From: an uncultured Gammaproteobacteria bacterium
GTDB lineage: Bacteria > Pseudomonadota > Gammaproteobacteria > Steroidobacterales > Rariloculaceae
Direction of reading: 5' to 3'
DNA length: 64,000 bases
NCBI GenBank assembly: GCA_963748045.1
Contig: CAVVIC010000004.1
Coordinates: forward strand, 212,775 to 276,774
Shown here piece after piece: positions 60,792-64,000 of the stretch; positions within the stretch are counted from its first letter, which is position 1; every line of letters starts with the position of its first letter. Position numbers and translations under genes: made by a program. The notes beneath the pieces were generated by a model. That model was given only the letters and a program-made list of their open reading frames with translations. It searched no databases and had not been told where the DNA came from.

Positions 60792-63333
60792 TCGCGTCTT
60801 GGGCGCGGCTTGGCGCGCTTCGTCGGCTCCGCTTCGAGCGGATTCTCGGGCCAGTAGTGCCGCGGATAGCGGCCGCGCATGTCCTTGCGCACCTCGACGT
60901 ACGCGTTCTTCCAGAAGCTCGCGAGGTCGCGCGTGACCTGCAGCGGCCGGTGCGCGGGCGACAGCAGCTTGAACGTGACGGGCACCGCGCCGCCGCCGAT
61001 CTTCGGCGTGCTCGCGAGGCCGAACACCTCCTGCATGCGCATCGACGCGCACGGCGCGTTGTCGTCGCGGTAGTCGATCTTCGCGCGCGTACCGGTCGGT
61101 AACGCGATGTGCGTCGGCGCGAGCTCGTCGAGCCTGCGTTGCTGCGCGTGGCTCAATCGCGCAGCGCAACGCGTCCGTCAGCGGGACGCGCGAGAGGTGC
61201 GAGCGCCGCGTGAGGCCGGCCAGGAACGGCGTCGAGCCAACTCAAGTCCGCGAGCAGCGCCGCCTCGGAGAAGTCGGGCCAGTCGGCGAGATCGCTGCGC
61301 TTCGAGCGCACGCACGAACTCGCCGCGCGCCGCGAAGTCGCGGCTGTCGTCGTCCCACGGCAGGGCGGCGGCGCCGAGCGAGCGCAGGCCTTCGGCGAAC
61401 GCGGCAGCAGCGGCCTCGGGAGGAATCTCCGGCAGCGGCTTGTCGTCGACGACGAGCTCGTCGAGCCGCAGCGTGCGGCGCGCGACGACGGCCTCCGTGC
61501 GCGCGTCCCACGTGACTTCGTCGCGCCGCACGAGCTGCGCGTCGAACTCGGTCGAGCAGGTCGGCGCGCGCGAGCGGAGCGGCGAGCAGGATCTTGGCGT
61601 CGCGGTCGCGGTCGTCGAGCTCGAGAGCCACGATGAATTCCTCGCGCGCGATCGACTCGGGGTTCCCGAACGACGCGCCGCGGCCGTTCGCGAGCGTGTA
61701 ACGCGGCGCGTCGCCGGGCCGGCGTTTGCCGATACGGTCTGGATACGCGAACGCGAGCAGCACGCCGGTCGCAAGCGGCGAGTCGATGGCTCTGGCACTC
61801 GCCGGCACGCTGAGCTCGCGGCGGAAGCTCTGCTCGGCGCGTCGCACGCGCTCCAGGGGTCCGCGTCCGGAACCGCGCCGCAGCGCGTCGAGCCGAGTGC
61901 GGATGTCGGTGTCGCGCTCGCGATTGCCGCCGGGCCCCAGCGTGCCGCCGCGCAGCACGTCGCGCTCGGACAGCAGGGCCGCGAGCTCGGCCGCCGCGGC
62001 TCCCGCGCCGTGCTCACGTGCCGCGAGCAGCATATGCGCGAGCCGCGGGTGCGCCGCGAGCTCGTGCATGGCGAGGCCGTGCCGCGTTGCGCGACCCGCG
62101 GCGTCGAGCGCGCCGAGCCGCACGAGCAGATCGCGTGCGCTCGCAAGCGTGGCAGCCGGCGGCGGATCGAGCCAGCGGAGCTGCGTCGCCGGTGTGCCCC
62201 ACACCGCGAGATCGAGCGCGAGCGGCGCGAGATCCGCGGTCGCGATCTCCGGCGGCGCGAACGGCGCGAGACTGCGCTCGCCGCCTTCGCCCCAGAGGCG
62301 ATAGCACACGCCGGGCGACGTGCGGCCCGCGCGACCGGCGCGTTGCTCGGCCGAGGCGCGCGAGATCCGCTGCGTTTCGAGGCGGCTCATGCCGCTCGCG
62401 GGATCGAACGCGTTGCGGCGCTCGAGGCCGGCGTCGACGACGATCTTCACACCGTCGATCGTGAGGCTCGTCTCCGCGATGTTCGTGGCGAGCACGACCT
62501 TGCGGCGTCCGGGCGCTTGCGGGCGCGATCGCCGCGTCCTGCTCGCCGAACGCGAGCTCGCCGTACAGCGGCAGCACGTCGACATCGGCGCCGAGCACGG
62601 CTTCGGCGAGCCGCGCTTGCGTGCGCCGGATCTCGCCGGCGCCGGGCAGGAACACGAGCGCGTCGCCTTCCGCTTCACGCAACGCACGCTGCACGGCGCG
62701 CGAGACCGCGGCGTCGATCGGCTCGGTGCCGTAGGCCGGCAGGGCTGGCAGCCCTGTGCCGAGGTAGCGAACCTCGACCGGGAACATGCGGCCTTCCGAT
62801 TCGATCACGGGCGCGCCGCCGAGCAGGCGCGGCGACGCGCGGCGCCGTCGAGCGTGGCCGACATCGCCAGCAGCCGCAGCTCCGGCGCCACGTGCTGCTG
62901 CGCGTCGAGTGCGAGCGCGAGGCCGGCATCCGCGTGCAGGCTGCGCTCGTGATACTCGTCGAACAGCACGGCCGCGATCCCGGTCAGCGCCGGGTCCGAG
63001 TGCAACATGCGCGTGAACACGCCTTCGGTCACGACTTCGAGCCGAGTGCGCGGGCCCACGCGGGTCTCGAGCCGCATGCGGTAGCCGACGGTCTCGCCGG
63101 GGCTCTCGCGCAGCGTCGTGGCCATGCGCGTCGCGACCGCGCGCGCCGCGAGCCGGCGCGGCTCGAGCATCACGATCCGTTTGCCCTTCGCCCACGCCTG
63201 CTCGAGCAGCGCGAGCGGCACGACCGTGCTCTTGCCGGCGCCCGGCGGCGCCACGAGCACGGCGTTGCGCTGCGCCGCGAGCGCCGCGGCCAGCGGCGGG
63301 AGAGCCGTGTCGATGGGGAGGCCCGAGCGCATC
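60788..63333 (-). pseudogene. hrpB: ATP-dependent RNA helicase HrpB, at least eight frame shifts in the central 1.7 kb
   Basis: ATG 63333. VLVAPPGAGKSTVVPLALL, FDEYHERSL and LLAMSATLDG are clean. The central part (TNIAETSLTIDGVKIVVDAGL, SRASAEQRAGRAGR, WLDPPPAA) is split over three frames. The C-terminal RMQEVFGLASTPKIGGGAVPVTFKLLSPAHRPLQVTRDLASFW is clean. The stop overlaps the protease stop (convergent). Confidence 0.85.
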
Positions 63334-63346
63334 GAGGGCGTGGTTG

Positions 63347-64000
63347 TCAGCGGTCGCGGTCTTCGCGGATGCGCCGCGCGAGCTCGAGCAACGCGCGCGC
63401 GCGCTTGACGACGGGCACGTCGATGACCCAGCCGTCGAGCGACGTCGAGCCGCGGCCGCGCCGTTCCGCCTCGTCGAACGCGGCGACGACGCGCTCCGCG
63501 TGCGCGATCTCGGCGGCCGACGGCGAGAAGCATTCGTTCAACGCGTCGAGCTGCTCGGGGTGGATCGCGAACTTGCCCTTGAAGCCGATGCTCTTCGCGT
63601 GCGCCGAGTTCGAGCGCAGGCCGTCCAGGTCGCGCAGCTTGAAGTAGGGCGTGTCGAGTGCGAGCACGTGCGCTGCGCGCGCCGTCACGCACAATGTCTG
63701 CCGCGCATAGGCAACCTGCGACTCGTCCGCGAGGCGTTCTATGCCCATATCGTTCGTGAAGTCCTCGCCGCCGAACGCCACGGCCACGATCCGTTCGCTT
63801 GCGCGACAGATCGCGTTGCAGTTCACGATGGCCTCGGCCGTCTCGATCCACGGCAAGAGTTTCAGATGCCCTACAGCTAAGCCCGCGCGCTGCTCGTGCT
63901 TCGCGAGCGCTTGCGAGATCACGCTGATGTCGGCCGCTGTGCGCACCTTGCCGATCGAGATGCCGAAGATGTCGCCGCCGACGACGGCCGCCACGTCGGC
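63347..64000 (-). CDS. HpcH/HpaI aldolase / citrate lyase beta (CitE)-like acyl-CoA lyase; N terminus outside window
   Basis: Open to the window edge. Carries LLPWIETAEAIVNCNAI, AVAFGGEDFTNDMG, FKGKFAIHPEQL and STSLDGWVIDVPVVKRA. The stop at 63347 is 13 nt upstream of the hrpB start. Confidence 0.75.
   Translation of the reverse strand, partial: ADVAAVVGGDIFGISIGKVRTAADISVISQALAKHEQRAGLAVGHLKLLPWIETAEAIVNCNAICRASERIVAVAFGGEDFTNDMGIERLADESQVAYARQTLCVTARAAHVLALDTPYFKLRDLDGLRSNSAHAKSIGFKGKFAIHPEQLDALNECFSPSAAEIAHAERVVAAFDEAERRGRGSTSLDGWVIDVPVVKRARALLELARRIREDRDR

Noticed and set aside
61107-63647. 846-aa plus-strand ORF across the hrpB locus (also 30576-32093, 41910-43322 and 59622-61169 on the minus strand)
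   Set aside because: The text is extremely Arg/Ala-rich, antisense to genes with clear family signatures. It is open only because stop codons are rare at this G+C content.

Overview
High-GC (by eye about two-thirds to 70% G+C), densely coding, proteobacterial-looking chromosomal segment with about 60 protein genes on both strands. I found no rRNA, tRNA, CRISPR array, transposase, integrase or phage genes. Content is mostly periplasmic or secreted redox and hydrolytic functions. These include three tandem PQQ methanol/ethanol-family dehydrogenases (two with fused cytochrome c), a PQQ sugar dehydrogenase, an orphan molybdopterin oxidoreductase subunit and four MBL-fold paralogs. Also present are a tannase-like lipoprotein, two DUF4159 proteins, two DUF6152 proteins, a TonB-dependent receptor, a TRAP transporter, MATE, MFS and YeiH transporters, and glpK-glpF. 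A DUF1592-family/DUF1552/ankyrin cluster, three small RRM RNA-binding proteins, a GGDEF protein, hrpB and a DegP-like protease complete the list. Small accessory elements are an MntA/HepT module, a DUF4160/DUF2442 pair and a BrnA-like remnant. About half of the coding sequence is interrupted by frame shifts that cluster in a few dense blocks. Almost none are nonsense codons, so I read most 'pseudogenes' as consensus indel errors rather than real decay; this needs read-level confirmation. The best candidates for new biology are: (i) a bacterial PRMT-like methyltransferase in an operon with a secreted DUF4159 protein; (ii) the PQQ-dehydrogenase array, in which all three copies carry the D-x-D signature associated with lanthanide enzymes; (iii) a roughly 1000-aa secreted protein with three NTF2/SnoaL-like repeats fused to an esterase; (iv) an RRM / unknown ORF / RRM operon. 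No canonical defence island was recognised. All family assignments come from motif recognition by eye, not from searches.
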